This document shows positions 30,182 through 45,890 of a DNA stretch of 64,000 nt, one piece after another; position 1 is the first letter of the stretch; each line of letters starts with the position of its first letter. Source of the DNA: the human T2T-CHM13v2.0 reference genome, Homo sapiens. A program made the translations under genes and the position numbers. The notes under the pieces were generated by a model. That model was given only the letters and a program-made list of their open reading frames with translations, ran no database searches and was not told the DNA's origin. The stretch is from assembly GCF_009914755.1 (NCBI RefSeq), contig NC_060925.1; one strand, 5' to 3'.

Positions 30182-30234
<53 letters not shown>
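30182..30234. repeat. Poly(T) homopolymer, ~53 nt
   Basis: Directly visible. Confidence 0.9.
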
Positions 30235-30237
<3 letters not shown>

Positions 30238-31168
30238 GGGTCTCTGGACTGTAATTTAGTTGAATATGACAAGATAACTCCAATTCCTGATTATCAATTT
30301 TTACCTTATGAACCATAGACTTTCTTCTTACTGCTGTTAAGATTTTTAACCTACTATTTGTAAATGGAGTGTTTTCATATTTTCATAACATTGATATGTA
30401 TCAATATTGATTTTATCATTATTCATTCATTGTTGTCTATAAACAATACTTATAACATTTCTATGTTGTTACTTATTATTTTCTCTTTCCCTCTGGCCAT
30501 TGTTGAAGTTAATCTGTCTGTTAGGATAAAATGTGTCTTGTAGAGAGATTCAAATACAATACGTTAATTGTAAATTTTGGACCAGAAAGATTTTGGTCTG
30601 GCTCTTGACATACATACTTATCCAAAGATTCTTGAGACTGGAAAACATATGGATTCTTGTGCCTGGGAGAATGAAAACATGGCCTTTGATTCATAAAAGC
30701 TTATTTATTTAATATTTTTAAAATATTGCTAATTATTTACTTAACAAACTCGATGTTGACTATGTACCATGTTTGTATTTCTAAATAACTTAATTCTTGT
30801 AACAGCTCAATGAGGTGGGTACTGTTACTATTTGTAATTTGCAGGTGAGGAAAGAGAGGCACAAAGAGACTAAGTGAACTGACCAGGATCACAGTTCCTG
30901 AGTTGGAGCTTATGGTTTTAAATTCAGGCAGCTTGGTGCCCAGTCTGTGCTATTAACCATTATGCTTTGCAGCCTTTCTTTCTGGGCATAATGCCCAGTT
31001 ACTTGTTTCTTTTAACAGCATTACTAAGTCAATTATATTTATTTTAAGAAGAATGACATTAGTTTTGAAATGATGTAGTAAACTATGAAAATAAAGCTGT
31101 TTTCTAGGTTTATTGCTATTTCTAGGTTTATTTAGTAATAAAGCTATTGTTTTAGAAGTTGCATTTGC

Positions 31169-31469
<301 letters not shown>

Positions 31470-32304
31470 TCATAAATTTGTGAAAGTAATTGACTTGACT
31501 GAAACTAAAAGTATTTTTTCTGCTCTCAGGGGTTTTAAAACAGATTTTTTGATAATGGACTATTTTTATATCACTGTACTTAGTTTTCCAATGCCCATGG
31601 TATTTGGAATTCATTATATTGTTTGTATTGCCACAATATATTTTTATTTTTGTTTTTTCCTCTCTGCATATTAGTGTTTAGTTTCTCAATCAGTGTGTTA
31701 TAGTTTAATGGAAGAGACTGAAATAAAAATAAACAGCTGAGAGTTCCCTTGACCAACTTGTTAACACTGGAATCAGCTCTCCTGTGTTGACCCAATGGCA
31801 CATTTTATTTACATGTTGAGATGTGATCAGCTGTCCCACAAGGTCCTTGTGAGCTAAGGAGATAATATAAGTAGACATTAGAGGTGCAGATGTGCAAATT
31901 AAGGCACAATGTAAGATTCGGGAAGATTAGTCAAGATAAGGAAAACCAACCACATTGTCTAAATCTCGTCCAGCAAGAGGTCTAGGTTAGGACCACTCAG
32001 ATTCTAGGGGCAGGTGATTGAGAAGATTGAGAAGAAGAAAAGAAGTGAAAATACTTTGTTGCAGAAAAGATTCTAGCATGACTCCAATGCTGCAAATGTT
32101 ATGATATTTTTCAGAGGCACTCATCAAACTTGATATGTACACTGTTGATGTACAGAGAAAAAAATTGAGACCTAACATTCATAGAGAGTCAGAGAAAGCG
32201 AAGATGGAAGAGGGATCTACCCATAGCACCACAAGTGGCAGTGGCTGTGATCAACTTTTGTTCTATATCAGTTTTTTTTTGTTTTTGTTTTTGTGTTTAT
32301 TAAC

Positions 32305-32510
32305 AGAGGTATTGATGTTTGGGGCTGGAAGATTCTTGGTTGTAGGAGGTTGTCTTCAGAATTGTAGGTTGTTTAACAGCATTCCTAGCCATTACCCACT
32401 AGATGTGAGTAACACCTGCTAAGTTATGACAGCTGGATATGTCTCCAGATATTGTCTAAACATTCCCTGGGGGACAAAATTTTCCCCATTTGAAAATTAT
32501 CCCAACTGTT
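32305..32510. mobile_element. MER20-like DNA transposon fragment
   Basis: GTTTAACAGCATTCCTAGCC..TACCCACTAGATG and ATGTCTCCAGATATTG...CCCTGGGGGACAAAAT. Confidence 0.55.
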
Positions 32511-35125
32511 CTATACATTAAAAATGAGAGTCCTGCACATGTTTCCCATCCCCTTATCGTGGGAATACACATGATTTAATGATCCTGTGATTAACATTTA
32601 GTAAAGAATCTCACCATAAAGTTAGGTAATGGTGCTGAATCACAGGCATAGGACCTCACACTCTGTAAGTGGGACCTGTCTCTTCCCTCCCTCCTACTGG
32701 TGTTCAAATCCTTCCTCTCTTTAAGAATGGAGCCAAGATCCCATCTTCAATAAAGCACGTATCAGAGAAGCACATATGTTCCTGCTTCTCTGATATGTAT
32801 TTACTGTATTTTTGTTAATTTTTAATTCTGTAAGTAAAAATGAGTTCCATTTTGAAAATATTAAAACATTATTTTCAGCATTAGAGTAAATTAGAAAATC
32901 TGAAAACCCTCCTGCCACACCTACGAATATCTAAAATACAGTAAACATTCTTTTAAATATATAGCTATGTACACAAAAGTAAAGAAGTTTCTACTGATCA
33001 AAATTGGTGATCAGGGCATGAAACCCGTTAACTGATATTGTGTTAGGTTTCCTGTGTTTGTTGCCAATATATTTGAGTTTTAAGAGCTACAAAAATATAA
33101 AAAAGAAAGCCTTGAGTTCATGCAAGGAGGAGAGTTGGAACTGAAAACCTGCAGGAAACTATCCTTCCTAGGCTGTAAATGTAGGGAAAGGTTTGATTTA
33201 GGGAAGAAAATCAGCCGACAGCACAAGATGACAAGTTGGCTTCTTTCTTTTAAAGTTTTGTTAGGCATTTAAACCAAAAGATTCCCAGTGTTATCTGCCA
33301 ATTAAAAATAATATGAATAAAAATAATTTTTTAAGAAAACCTCCAAACCCCCAAAGATTTCCCTTATTATTTAAAGACGTGGGCCTGTCCTCAACACAGT
33401 TTAAATTGCAAATTTACATTACCTGCATTATACTGTACAGGAGCCTCCGAGCTGAGAAATAACACAAAAATGACCCTGGCAGGTAGTACTTCCGCAGGAA
33501 AACAATGAAAAACCCTCTGTGGAAGAATGCATTGTCCATCCTGGTGACATAATCCCTGCTGTTACATGTCTCAACATGTCACAAAACAAAAATATAAAAA
33601 ACAAACACACAGTCCCTAACAGAGCTAAGGAGCAGTAGGATTAGACATTCCAGAGCTTCAGATTATAGAAATACTAGGTAGAGAAATAAAAGAAATATTA
33701 AAAACATGAGAATGAATATTATACTGTTTTTTAAAAAGACCAAAGCAGGTTCGAAAAATATCCAAATAGAACTTCAGGAGGTGAAGTAAAAAACTTGACT
33801 GATGAGGTTCAAGTCTCATTGAATTACCCACCATTTCTATCTCTCTTCTCTCTCCTCTTTTCCAGTGGTATACTCTATTCAATGTGTTTTTTCCCATGCT
33901 CTGTGTGTGTGTGTGTGTGTGTGTATGTGTGCATCCATAAAAACTATGTAGTATTGTTTGTATTCTTTAGTTTTAGTGGTATTAGTCCATATGTATTGTT
34001 CTGAAATTTTTTTTTTTTGTCATTCAACATTAGCTTTTGGCGATCTAGTCATATTGCATATGAATCTAGCTTGTTTTTTTTAAAACTTGTATGCACAGTA
34101 TAAATACACCAGCTTACTTACACATTTTTTTCCTAACGGACCCTAGTTGGCTAATATATTTTTTGTTATAAACCATGTAGCAAGGGACACCCTACATATA
34201 TCTCTCTGGGCATAATTGTGAATGTTTCTCTGTGATAAATACCACAAAGTAGAATTGCTCAGTTAGAAATTATGCACATCTTTATTTTAATATATACTTC
34301 CAGATTGGTCTTCAAAACATCTTGACAGTTGGCCCCTTCCCCTGACCCACATACTAGGCTTATATTTTATTTTTTGAATTAATTTAAATGAGGTAGGCAG
34401 AAATTTTGGATACTGAATTTTTACTTTTTATAGAAGTTGCAAATATTTTTTCCCACTTTAAACTTTTAGGTGGTTTTTTTAATAGTGAAGAAGTTTCATT
34501 ATATGTTTCCTATTATTTGCATACTTTTCCACCTTTCACTTTTTAACCCATTTATGATATAGTTTTGTTTTGCATGTGAGAAGGAACTAATTTTATGGTT
34601 ATTATTTTGTACTGTTAGCCAGCGTCTCAATGCTCTTAACTGAATCGTTCTCCTTTTCCTGATAGCTTTGAAATAGCACTCTAATCATATTTCAGTTCCT
34701 AAACTCTGTTCTGTTTCTCTACTGTTACATTGTTTTACAAAGTGATTAAAGTACTCCCCAAAGTAAGAAGTACATTTTACTTTGTAACCTGATGCACCAA
34801 CTGCATGTTCACACACATATGAAACAAAATATTCATCCAATAACACCTACACCTACACCTAATAGGCTTGTTATACTCTGATAATTTCTCTTTTACTCCA
34901 ATCTATTAAAAAACAAATCTGGTGATAACTATTAAATTGATTTCCTGATCCACTAATAGATTTTTGCTTGCAGTCTGAAAAGTTCTGCCTATTTTATTTC
35001 ATTAATTTCTTGGTATTTTATGGCATAATTAACACGTTAGTATTATTTTTAAAAACATCTTTTTATCTCTGTTCTTTTTAGAAAAACAGATTTTCTTTCT
35101 TGGACTTTCATTCTTTCACATGCAT

Positions 35126-35968
35126 TTCTTTTTTTTATTATACTTTAAGTTTTAGGGTACATGTGCACAACGTGCAGGTTTGTTACATATGTACACATGT
35201 GCCATGTTGGTGTGCTGCACCCATTAACTTGTCATTTAACATTAGGTATATCTCCTAATGCTATCCCTCCCCCCTCCCCCCACCCCACAACAGGCCCCGG
35301 TGTGTGATGTTTCCCTTCCTGTGTCCATGTGTTCTCATTGTTCAATTCCCACCTATGAGTGAGAACATGCGGTGTTTGGTTTTTTGTCCTTGCCATAGTT
35401 TGCTGAGAATGATGGTTTCCAGCTTCATCCATGTCCCTACAAAGGACGTGAACTCATCCTTTTTTATGGCTGCATAGTATTCCATGGTGTATATGTGCCA
35501 CATTTTCTTAATCCAGTCTGTCATTGATGGACATTTGGGTTGGTTCCAAGTCTTTGCTATTGTGAATAGTGCCACAGTAAACATATGTGTGCATGTGTCT
35601 TTATAGCAGCATGATTTATAGTCTTTTGGGTATATACCCAGTAATGGGATGGCTGGGTCAAATGGTATTTCTAGTTCTAGATCCCTGAGGAATCGCCACA
35701 CTGACTTCCACAATGGTTGAACTAGTTTACAGTCCCACCAACAGTGTAAAAGTGTTCCTATTTCTCCACATCTTCTCTAGCACCTGTTGTTTCCTGACTT
35801 TTTAATGATCGCCTTTCTAACTGATGTGAGATGGTATCTCACTGTGGTTTTGATTTTCATTTCTCTGATGGCCAGTGATGATGAGCATTTTTTCATGTGT
35901 CTTTTGGCTGCATAAATGTTTTCTTTTGAGAAGTGTCTGTTCGTATCCTTCGCCCACTTTTTGATGGC
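35126..35968 (-). mobile_element. 5'-truncated L1PA (~840 bp: ORF2 end, 3'UTR, poly(A))
   Basis: ORF 35342-35713 matches the ORF2 C-terminus; TSD-like TGCATTTCTT / TGCACTTCTT followed by AA. Confidence 0.9.
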
Positions 35969-36979
35969 TGCACTTCTTAAAATTGGGTTCTGTAAAAAGT
36001 ACTTTTGGAATTTGACTGATTCTTCACTGACTCTGTAGATTTATTTTGGGGAAAATTAATGTTTTTATACTATTGTATTGCCATCTGTGATTTAGATCTC
36101 ATTTGATTTAGATTATCTGTTGTAGTTAATTGTAGTTATTTATGTTCGAGTTATATGTCCCCTGCTAGATTAGTAATTTTTAAATCCCCTCCGTATCACA
36201 TACAGCATATAAAAGTACTAAACACATTTGTTTTGGCCAATTGATGAGTCAACTGTGTGAGACAAGAACTTCTCATGCATTTCTTGCATATCCCGTAAAG
36301 TACTTTCCGCCTAGAATTCCTCATATAAATCATGAGGCAGAACTTTAATATGCTTCAACTTTCAGTCTAAGGCAAGGTGCCTTATCTGTCTAAAGAAGTG
36401 ATTCATGTTTTAAGTACTATATTCCAGGAGCTACAACCACTTCAACAAAAATTTATTGAAAGCCTGGTTTACAGTGTTGAACGTGGCAGACTTCCCTTTC
36501 TGCCCTCCTTCTCCCATGTCATACAGTATATGTTTCAGTGGGAAAGGCAATGAATAAGTAAGTAAACAAATTAATATGAAAGGCAAAACTGGACAGTGCC
36601 AAATGCTAGGAAGTATATAAAGGAAGTGTGATAGAGAGAGTCTGTTGTTAGCAGTGTTGTAAGGTTAGAGGAGCCCTTTCTGCAAAGGAGGCATGTGACC
36701 CGAGACAGTCAGTCACTTGGGGTGTGTACAAAATGTATGTACTGCCTCCCTGAGTGTCTGCATGGCTAGCACCTTAGAAGTTGATACCATGAGACATAAA
36801 CCATTGTAAGACTAAATGTCAAGGACTGGCATCAGGGTGTAAACACCTGCAGTTTAGAGAAATTCATTACCAAGGTAGCAGGCCATGCTTTTCAGTTTAC
36901 ATTAGGTATTTATGAGCCCTTATCTTGATCTGGTGTGTACTGAGGCTTGTGTTTACCTCTCCTTTGATGAAATCCAGTT

Positions 36980-37465
36980 ACTTTTATTGTATTTTATTTT
37001 TTAAATTCTGGGGTACATGTGCAGGATGTGCAGGTTTGTTACATAGAGAAACATGTGCCATGGTGGTTTGCTGTACCTATCAAACCATCACTTAGGCAGT
37101 AAGCCCAGCATGCATTAGCTCTTTTCCCTAATGCTCTGCACCCCCTGCCCTCCCTCAACAGGCCCCAATGTGTTTGTTCCCCTCCCTGTGTCCATGTGTT
37201 CTTATTGTTCAGCTCTCACTTATAAGTGGGAACATGTGGTGTTTGGTTTTCTGTTCCTGTGTTAGTTTGCTGAGGATAATGGCTTCCAGCTTTGTCCATG
37301 TCCTTGCAAAGGACATGATCTTGTTCCTTTTTGTGGCTGCATAGTATTCCATGGTGTATATGCACCACATTTTCTTTATCCAGTCTATCATTGATGGACA
37401 TTTGGGTTAATTCTGTGTCTTTGCTGTTGTGAATAGTGCTGCAATGAACATACGTGTGCATGTGT
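36980..37465 (-). mobile_element. 5'-truncated older L1PA 3' end
   Basis: ORF 37209-37391 (DWIKKMWCIYTMEYYAA) plus 3'UTR. Confidence 0.85.
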
Positions 37466-37609
37466 CACTTTTAAATCCTTTGTTCCATGCGATGTAACCA
37501 TGATGGGGAAAGAAGATGAAGGGATGAGGAGGCCAATCTTGAATGCTTTCCACACCCTCTCCAGTCTTCACTAATTGTAGCAACATTTTTTATCAGTTTT
37601 ATACAGTTA

Positions 37610-37612
<3 letters not shown>

Positions 37613-37642
<30 letters not shown>
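37613..37642. repeat. (TG)n microsatellite
   Basis: Directly visible. Confidence 0.9.
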
Positions 37643-37644
<2 letters not shown>

Positions 37645-40031
37645 GTGGTGTAGGTGGGGGTTCTGCTTACGTTTTCCTCTGATTTATTTCTGAAACAATT
37701 CTGCTACTAAAATAATTTTGAAATCCATTAGAATAATCCATTTCAAAATTTAAATGGTTCTTGTACTGGGGAATCAAATGATATGACATTGTCATTTGCT
37801 GTTCCTTTCTTCCATTGTGTTGAAGTGGATATGTGCAAAATGGTTCAGAATAAATGAAAGCTTTTTATTGGGGTAGAGAAGGCAGAAATTAGATATAAGG
37901 ATTGGAGGCAAGTTGTTATGGCTTGAGATGATTTTGATTTGTAAATGTAGAAGAGATGGAAAAAATACTAAAGTGTGATTTATAGCTACAAGAACAAAAG
38001 GGCAGGACTTGCCATGGAGGGGAGCATACAGGGCCAGGGACTGGCTGATCTGAGTCCTGAACTGCTACCTCAGCCTGGATCTTGTCCCCTGTGTAACCTC
38101 AGGTATTGTCTTTCAGATGTGCTGAACTGGTACTATGATTACCACTTCGCAGAATTTATTCTGGGGACCAAATATTATCATATGTTCTAGATATTTGTGA
38201 GCTGACAAGTGACATCAGTGCTATGTAATTTTAATCGAATGGAAGGAGTGCATAGATGAAGTATCTAGTGTAAATCTTGATAGGTGTATATGGATTAGGT
38301 TAATGATCTCAAGCCCAGACACAGTCTATAGCCAGTTAAGCAGGAAATAATTTGTTGAATAAAGGATTTTGGCTAGCAGAATTGATGAGAAAACTGGAAA
38401 TCAAGTTCTGGCAATGCCAAGGACCTCAGGATGACAGACAGCAAGGATTACTGGAAGAGTCTGCTTAAGATATTTCTGCGGGCACTGGACTCTTGTTACT
38501 AGGGCCTAGAATAAAGGCACGGAATATATTTTTAGTAAAATTGTTGAACGAGTGGATAAATGAAAAGCATGTGGTAGGTGTTCAGTAAATAAGTGTTAAA
38601 TGAGTGAGTGAAAGAATAATGAGGCACAATCACTGCTAGACACTTGCCATTGCTGTTGTGATTAATTTTCAGTTCTGCCTAGGTCCCTAACTCCCTCCCT
38701 CTAACTTTAAAGCCATGAGTAGAAGGTTATAATTACAGTGGCCAAACCCTAGTGCTCAGCTGGGCAGAGAGAAGAAATATCTGTTCTTAGGTTTCCGAAG
38801 TGAGTGAGTACTTTGCCTATCACCAAACCTTACACGGATGGGAAGGGTGTTCGGATTCTGGTTGTCCAAAAATATGATCAGTGGTCCCCGCTATAGTGTT
38901 GGATTAACTTCATGTTAATTATTTGGAAACAGTGGCAACAAATGTATTTGGTTACTAAAGCAATGTAACCATTTACTATAGTTTTCCTGTAACTGATGTA
39001 CGCAATAGTTGCAGTGTTGTTCTCTGTGCTGTAGAAAAATATATTTAATTATTGGATTATTACCCAATGTTATTGTCTCAAATTAAATACTACATTGTTG
39101 AAACAAGAGACATGCAATTCTGGAATTCAAATAGAATTGTTTTTGTTTTTCTTTGAAATGATGTTAAATCAGTTTAGAAAGTAGAGAAATAACCATTACA
39201 TGCCTTAATTTCTGTTACTAATTGAAGTGGAGGAAAACAGTGACTGATAGAAGCTTTGTTTAGTGAAATTCAACTAGCATCTCCTCTTAAATAATTTTAA
39301 CACATTTTCCAAAATATTGCCAAATCTTTGATGAATTATTTTGGAAAACCTGGCTTCATTTGTGTAGAAACCATTCACGTTTTCTGGTATTTCTCTTTCT
39401 TTTGAGGATGTATGTGTAAAAAAAAAATTCTAAAAGTTTGAAAATAGGCTCAGCTCATATAACACCAGCCACATAGTTCATAGGTCTTGAGGGAGTCTCC
39501 AGGGATTACTTCGAGATTTTATATACATATAAAAACGTGTATCAAAGTGTATAAGTACTACATTTTACTCAAGTTGGGTTTATATAATTTCAGGTTTCTC
39601 TGTGCACATTGGTGATTTCACATTTTAAGTGTATGGGATTCAGGAAGCACATGTGTTTTAGGCTGTATCACATTGGTGTGGCACTAATCAGATGGCATGT
39701 AAATAACTTGTTGATAGGATCACTTAATAAACTATCATGATTCTTCAATCAATATGAGACTTATTTGGGAGAGAAGTGAAATTACAAGAATCAAGGGAAT
39801 AGTATTATGTTTTATAAATTTTGGATATAAACTTTGATAATTCTTATTCATAAGTTAACCCCATATGTTTAAGACGCACAACATTAATGATAAAAATAAG
39901 ATCCATTGTATCCTTTTTATATAGGGGTGTTGGCCTCATGTTAGTGTGGCCTTCTGTTTCTGTAAGGATTCTGGATGTTTAATAGACATTTTGGGTTGCA
40001 TCATGAAGCTTTATTGACTTTTATGGTGAAA

Positions 40032-40476
40032 TTGTTACAGGGCAGGTGAATCCCAACAGTGGGGTTTAGCCTGAGAAGGTTGGCTCAGGAAAGAATTCAA
40101 GAGCGAGCTGGTGGTAGAAAAATCAGCTTTATTGAGGCAGGGGTGTTACAGCTCTGTGACTTCTCCTTCAGAGCAGGGGTACCCCCTGGGCAGTGTGTCA
40201 AGAGTAGCAGCTCAGGGGCAGTTCTGCAGCCATGTTTATACTACTTTTAATTATGTGCAAATTAAGGGGCAGGCTATTCAGAAATTTCTAGAAAACAGAA
40301 GGTAACTTCTGGATCATTGCCATGGAAAGGGATGGTAACTTCTGGGTATAGCCATGGCAATGGTAAAATGTCATGGTGCTGGTGGGCGTGTCTTATGGGG
40401 AGGAGCTTTCGTTTCCTCTTCCTTGTTTCTGTCAGTCTTCAATCTGGTCCAGAGTCACATTCCACCTCCTACCTCA
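40032..40476 (-). mobile_element. Probable ERV1 (MER4-group) solo LTR; family not determined
   Basis: TGTTAC...CCTACCTCA ends, TTTATT (reverse poly(A) signal) near 40127, TTGCCATGG...GTAACTTC repeats seen in MER4-group LTRs. Confidence 0.5.
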
Positions 40477-42594
40477 TTATGAATAATGAAAAGTCAGGCT
40501 GATAGGGCTCTGTATTTTCTATCTTGGCTTCTATCAGAGTTGTCCCACCTGATCCGTCCTGTATGTCACAGTTCACTTAACTGTTTTTAGTAAGACTTTC
40601 TGTCTTTAAAGCATGTTTGGAAACACTGTCCTATGCAATAAATTTTAATTGGCTTCTTCCATATTTTCTTTTTCTTAATAAAGAACAAAACAGATTTTTA
40701 TTTCTAGTGAAATGGTTTACAAGATTGGGTCCTGAATAGACCCAAGAAAATCTAAATGTCATTTCTCTGAAGACTGCAAATTGCTGAAAGGCCCATATAC
40801 TTTAAAAATGTTATCTATGAAAATAAGAAATTATTTAGACAGGTATAAATTACTACATGGTTTTAAGAACAGTCTTAAATATATGTTTCAGAAACAACAA
40901 ATTGTTATCGTTTTAGAAATGCAGATGTCATATATGTTTTTGCAGCACTCTAAAGCAGCAAAAATGCATTGCAGTTGTGCAGTATTAAGGAAGTTGAAAC
41001 ATTGTTGACTGAGCTCACATTAGTTTGTTGGCTAACCACAAAATATGTAAAAAGATAGAGCTTTTTGCATGTTTTTGATGCTGTGATTTCTAGACAGGAA
41101 GGAAAGCAAACTGCAGAAGCACCTGCAAAGTGTTATAGGAAACAGTGAGACAACGATTAGGGCTTGGAGGATGGCACCATTAAGAAAAACTGTGTTGCAT
41201 TTTAAGTTATGTAAAACTATGTTTAGTTGAAAATGTGTATTTTTAAAATATTTTGATTGCACTGTTCATTTATCATTACATTCACATTGGTATATAGCTA
41301 CACTGTACATTTCTTTAATCTTCTATTAATAGTTTCTTTTATTTAAAATCTTGGTTCAACAGTTTGAAGGTAATGAAGTTAATTCCATTGTAATGAGAAT
41401 TTAATATGTTTCAGAGTTGGTATATTCTGTTGGTTATCACCATCTGGACTCAGGCATACCTAATCTGAGATTCAGTGTTGCCTTTGTCTTGATGTGTGAT
41501 CTTAGACAAGATAGTCAGCTTCTCTTTGCCCCATCTCTAAAGTTGGAATTGTAACATTGATACTTACTTCATAAAGCTGTTGTGAAGATTAAATGATTTA
41601 ATCAACATATAACCCTTAGCACCATATATGATAGTTTTTATAATATTCCCCAGTGAGATAATGGTGAGAAGAAGTAAGCGGGCTTTTATTAATTGCTATA
41701 TTATATTACTGTTGGCGTTTCTTATGATAAGAACTTTTTACAATCTCATGAAATATTATTGTCCCACCTTACAAATAAGGAAACTGATGTCTAATACAAA
41801 GATACTTTGATTTGGAAATGCAAGGTATAGAATCAAGGCAGTTAAACAATTTGAGTTTTGCTTTGGTTGGAGCAAGAGAAGCTGGCCAAGAGAAATTAGG
41901 TAATTTGCCTGGTCTTGGTGAAAGATAATGAAGGCCAATAATAGGAGGGTTGGATAAAACTGGGCAAATTTTTTTGACATTTTAGCAGTAGAATCAACTA
42001 AATACTACTGCATGTGATTCGGTGTTACAGGTCAGCGCAAGGGAATATTAATGGATCTCTCTTGGATATTTTGAGTTTGAAGTTCCCATGGGATATCCAG
42101 ATTTAGATGCTCCGTAGACACCTGGAGCTGTAAAATAAAAAAAAAAGACTTCAGTGGAGATTCTAATTTTGTAAGTAAAGAGCATTAGAGTTAATAGTTG
42201 AATCCAACAAAGGAGTGCCAAATTGAGAAGTAAAGAGACCAGAGAGCAAAATCCTGATGGGCACCCAACATTTAAAAGGTAGTTGGAATTATTTGGTGTG
42301 GCTAGCAGAATGTTTAAAATATGCTATGATAGTGAAATAGAGCACAGTAAAGGGAACTGCAAGGAATAAGGTAGTCTCTGGTAATATATGTATTCTAGAG
42401 ACATCAAATGTTATTTTTCTTTTTGAGCATTAAATTCAATTCAGCAATTTTGCAATTATACCAGCAGTTATTTCAAGCATGTGCTCACAAAGCACTTTGC
42501 ACGAGCTGTACTTCACTATCTGCAAACCTTGCATCTGGTCCTTGCTTATGGAAGCATTTTGTAAAGTTTCAAATGTAGTTAAAAGTGATAGAAT

Positions 42595-42906
42595 TTTTTT
42601 TTTTTTTTTTTTCCTGAGACAGGGCCCTGCTTTATCACCCTGCCTGGAGTGCAGTGGTGCCACCTTAGCTCACTGCAGCCTCAACTCTCGGGCTCAAGAG
42701 ATCCTCCCATCTCTGCCTACGACTAGATGGGACCACAGGCATGCACTACCAAGCCTGGCTAACTTTTTCATTTTTTTTTTTTTTTTGTAGAGACGAGGTC
42801 TCACCATGTTGCCCAGGCTGGTCTGGAATGCCTGTGCTCAAGCAATCCCACACACCTCAGCCTCCCAAATTACTGGGATTACAGGCATGAACCACTGCAC
42901 CTGACC
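42595..42906 (-). repeat. Alu (AluJ-like)
   Basis: Diverged reverse-complement Alu with T-runs. Confidence 0.85.
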
Positions 42907-43268
42907 ATTTTATTTGAGTTATATTATTTTTCTTTCTACATTTTAGCTCTGCATTCTACATTTAATCATACTATTCCATTATTGAGAATGAGAAGAGCTT
43001 GAGAAATTTGTTTATATGATGCACTGCCATCTTCCAAACACAACTCCTTCTCTTCCCCTTAAGAGTAATTACCACTATTCTGATTTTTATGCAGTCACTT
43101 TCTGGCTTTTCTATATTGTTTTATTACCCAGATATGCATCCCTAAATGTTACAGTTCAGTTTTGCTTTTCTTTTAATGGTGTTTTTTGAGTATCTTATAA
43201 TCTTCAGGTGCCCCAAACATAGCACCTGACGTCCAATACAAAGACATCTCTCTCCCTTTTAAAATTTA

Positions 43269-43601
<333 letters not shown>

Positions 43602-45890
43602 TCATTTATTTTGTAGAATTTTCCCAGAATCTGGATTTTGTTGATTACTTTCATGAAATGTAGGTTAATGTGTTCCTCCATAATCTGTATTTCCTGTAAA
43701 CTGGGAATTGGATCCAGAGACTTAACCAGTTTCAAGAACCTCCTCCAGCACCCTTTTTGACAAGACTATATCTTAGGTAGTGGGGTATTCTTCCTCAAGA
43801 GAGACATAATTCTGTTTTTGAAATTATTGCAGCAGTTGATGCAAAATGCCTAGATCCATGATTCACTAGGGGTTGCAGCATCATTATGGTATATTTGTAT
43901 GATTTCTTTTTTATTCATTTGCTGGAATTTTTCTATAAAGAGAACGTTTACTTTCTCTACTGTTTGGTTAGCCAGTGATACAGTTAGTGTAGGACAAACA
44001 AGGTACGTGCTTAATATTTTTTCTTTATTTGCCACTGTTCAAAATTAAAGTTAACTTTTTTGTATTTTCCCTAAGTATGTATGTGTGTGTGTGTGTGTGT
44101 ATTGTTAGAGAGTTAGTGGTTGGGAACCTGAGGGTTAAACTGAAGAAAGAAAAGACAAGTAGAGACTCTTACTGCTCTTGCTCTAGTGCACCCTTGCACA
44201 AACCTGCACGTTGTGCACATGTACCCTAAAACTTAAAGTATAATAATAAAAAGAAGTGCATGTGAAAGAATGAAAGTCCAAGAAAGAAAATCTGTTTTTT
44301 TAAAAAGAACAGAGATAAAAAGATATAGAGTTTTTAAAAATAATACTAACATGTTAATTATGCCATAAAATACCAAGAAATTAATGAAATAAAATAGGCA
44401 AAACTTTTCAGACTGCAAGCAAAAAAAGCTTGTACTTACCTGCTGGGTCAGAGGTCCTGAAATCTCAGGCTTTGGAAGTGGGGTTGGAGTGGAAGGGTGG
44501 GGAGTCCTTAACCATTCCATATTCCTTGCCAAACTGTCAGGGAGGAACCTTTTCTCTATAATTCTCGGCAATTTCAGGCTCAGTGAATTAAACTGACAAA
44601 AGATAGATTAGCAAAACAAAAAGCTTATTTAATCACATATGGACAAAAGTTAGAAAAACATGTAGCTCAAAGGGGCAGTTAAAAGTGGGGGCTTATATAC
44701 CATCTTAGTAGGGTAAGGAGAGGAGGAGAAAGGCCACTTATGGAAAAGTGAAATGAGTTTTAGGAAAGATAAATGAGCCCTTTAGATAACAGGTGGAAGA
44801 TATGATAGTTTTGTGACAGTGTCTGTTTAGGTATGGTGTGAAGACTTCTCATCTTCAGTGTCCATTCTCCCTATTGCTCCTAGGGAGGGGATTTATGACA
44901 GTGGAGGTTTTTTGGAGTTCCTTTGAAAGGCTCTGCTTTTAGTCAGAGTAGCTATTTTGGGAACTCGAATGCCTTCTGCTCAAAATAATTTGTATGCTAT
45001 CCTGGCATATTCTGGACCCCTTCAGTGTGTGTGTGTGTGTGCGTGTGTGTGTTTGGTGTGTGTGTGTGTGTATTGTTTTCAAGATAAACACCTCAACTTC
45101 CCTAAAGCTTCTCTAAGGGTTAGCTCCTTCTCTTCCCACCTGTAGATGGGAAGAGAAATTGAGGACCTTTCAGACTACTTTTTAGGTACAAGTTTAAAAA
45201 ATTTGCTAAGAGGGAAGATCTAATGTTAAGTGTTCTTATGATAATCAATTAATCAATCCAAAATAAATATCTATTTTGAAAGTCAGAAAAAAAGATAAAC
45301 ACCTCATGAATTCATACTGATACTGAAATTCAGTTAAAATTCAGAACTACTGGATGCTTATTTAAATTCTCTGTCCTGTACCTATGTCTATATCCAGTCC
45401 CTACAGGTTCTGAAGAAGACTAGGAATGGTTAGAATATAATATATCACTCAAATCCATGTTACACACAAAACATTCTCATAATAACTACCAACAACATGA
45501 TTACTCAAAATTATTGAAACAGGCATTCCATTCTCACCCATGAGTGTGTGTTTGTATTTACAGTTATGCTGTTTTTACATTGTCAGAGCATATGGCACAT
45601 GTTATAGGGTACTCTCTACCCTATATTCTGCTCAGTACAGAGCTTAAGGAGATAACTATCACAGCTTTAGGTTTTTTTTAAATTGTGTTAATGTTGGATC
45701 AAAACTTTAGGTGTGCATATAAAAGGGAATAAGAAAGGGAACCAACTATGTTGATAGAGGAATAATTCTTCAAATGAATGTTACATTAAGAAATTGTCAA
45801 TAAAACACTACTGTTAATAATTTAAAAGGTTTTATATATTAGATCCCTCTGAATATAACTTTCACATTTTGTCCTCTTTTGTGCTAATAG

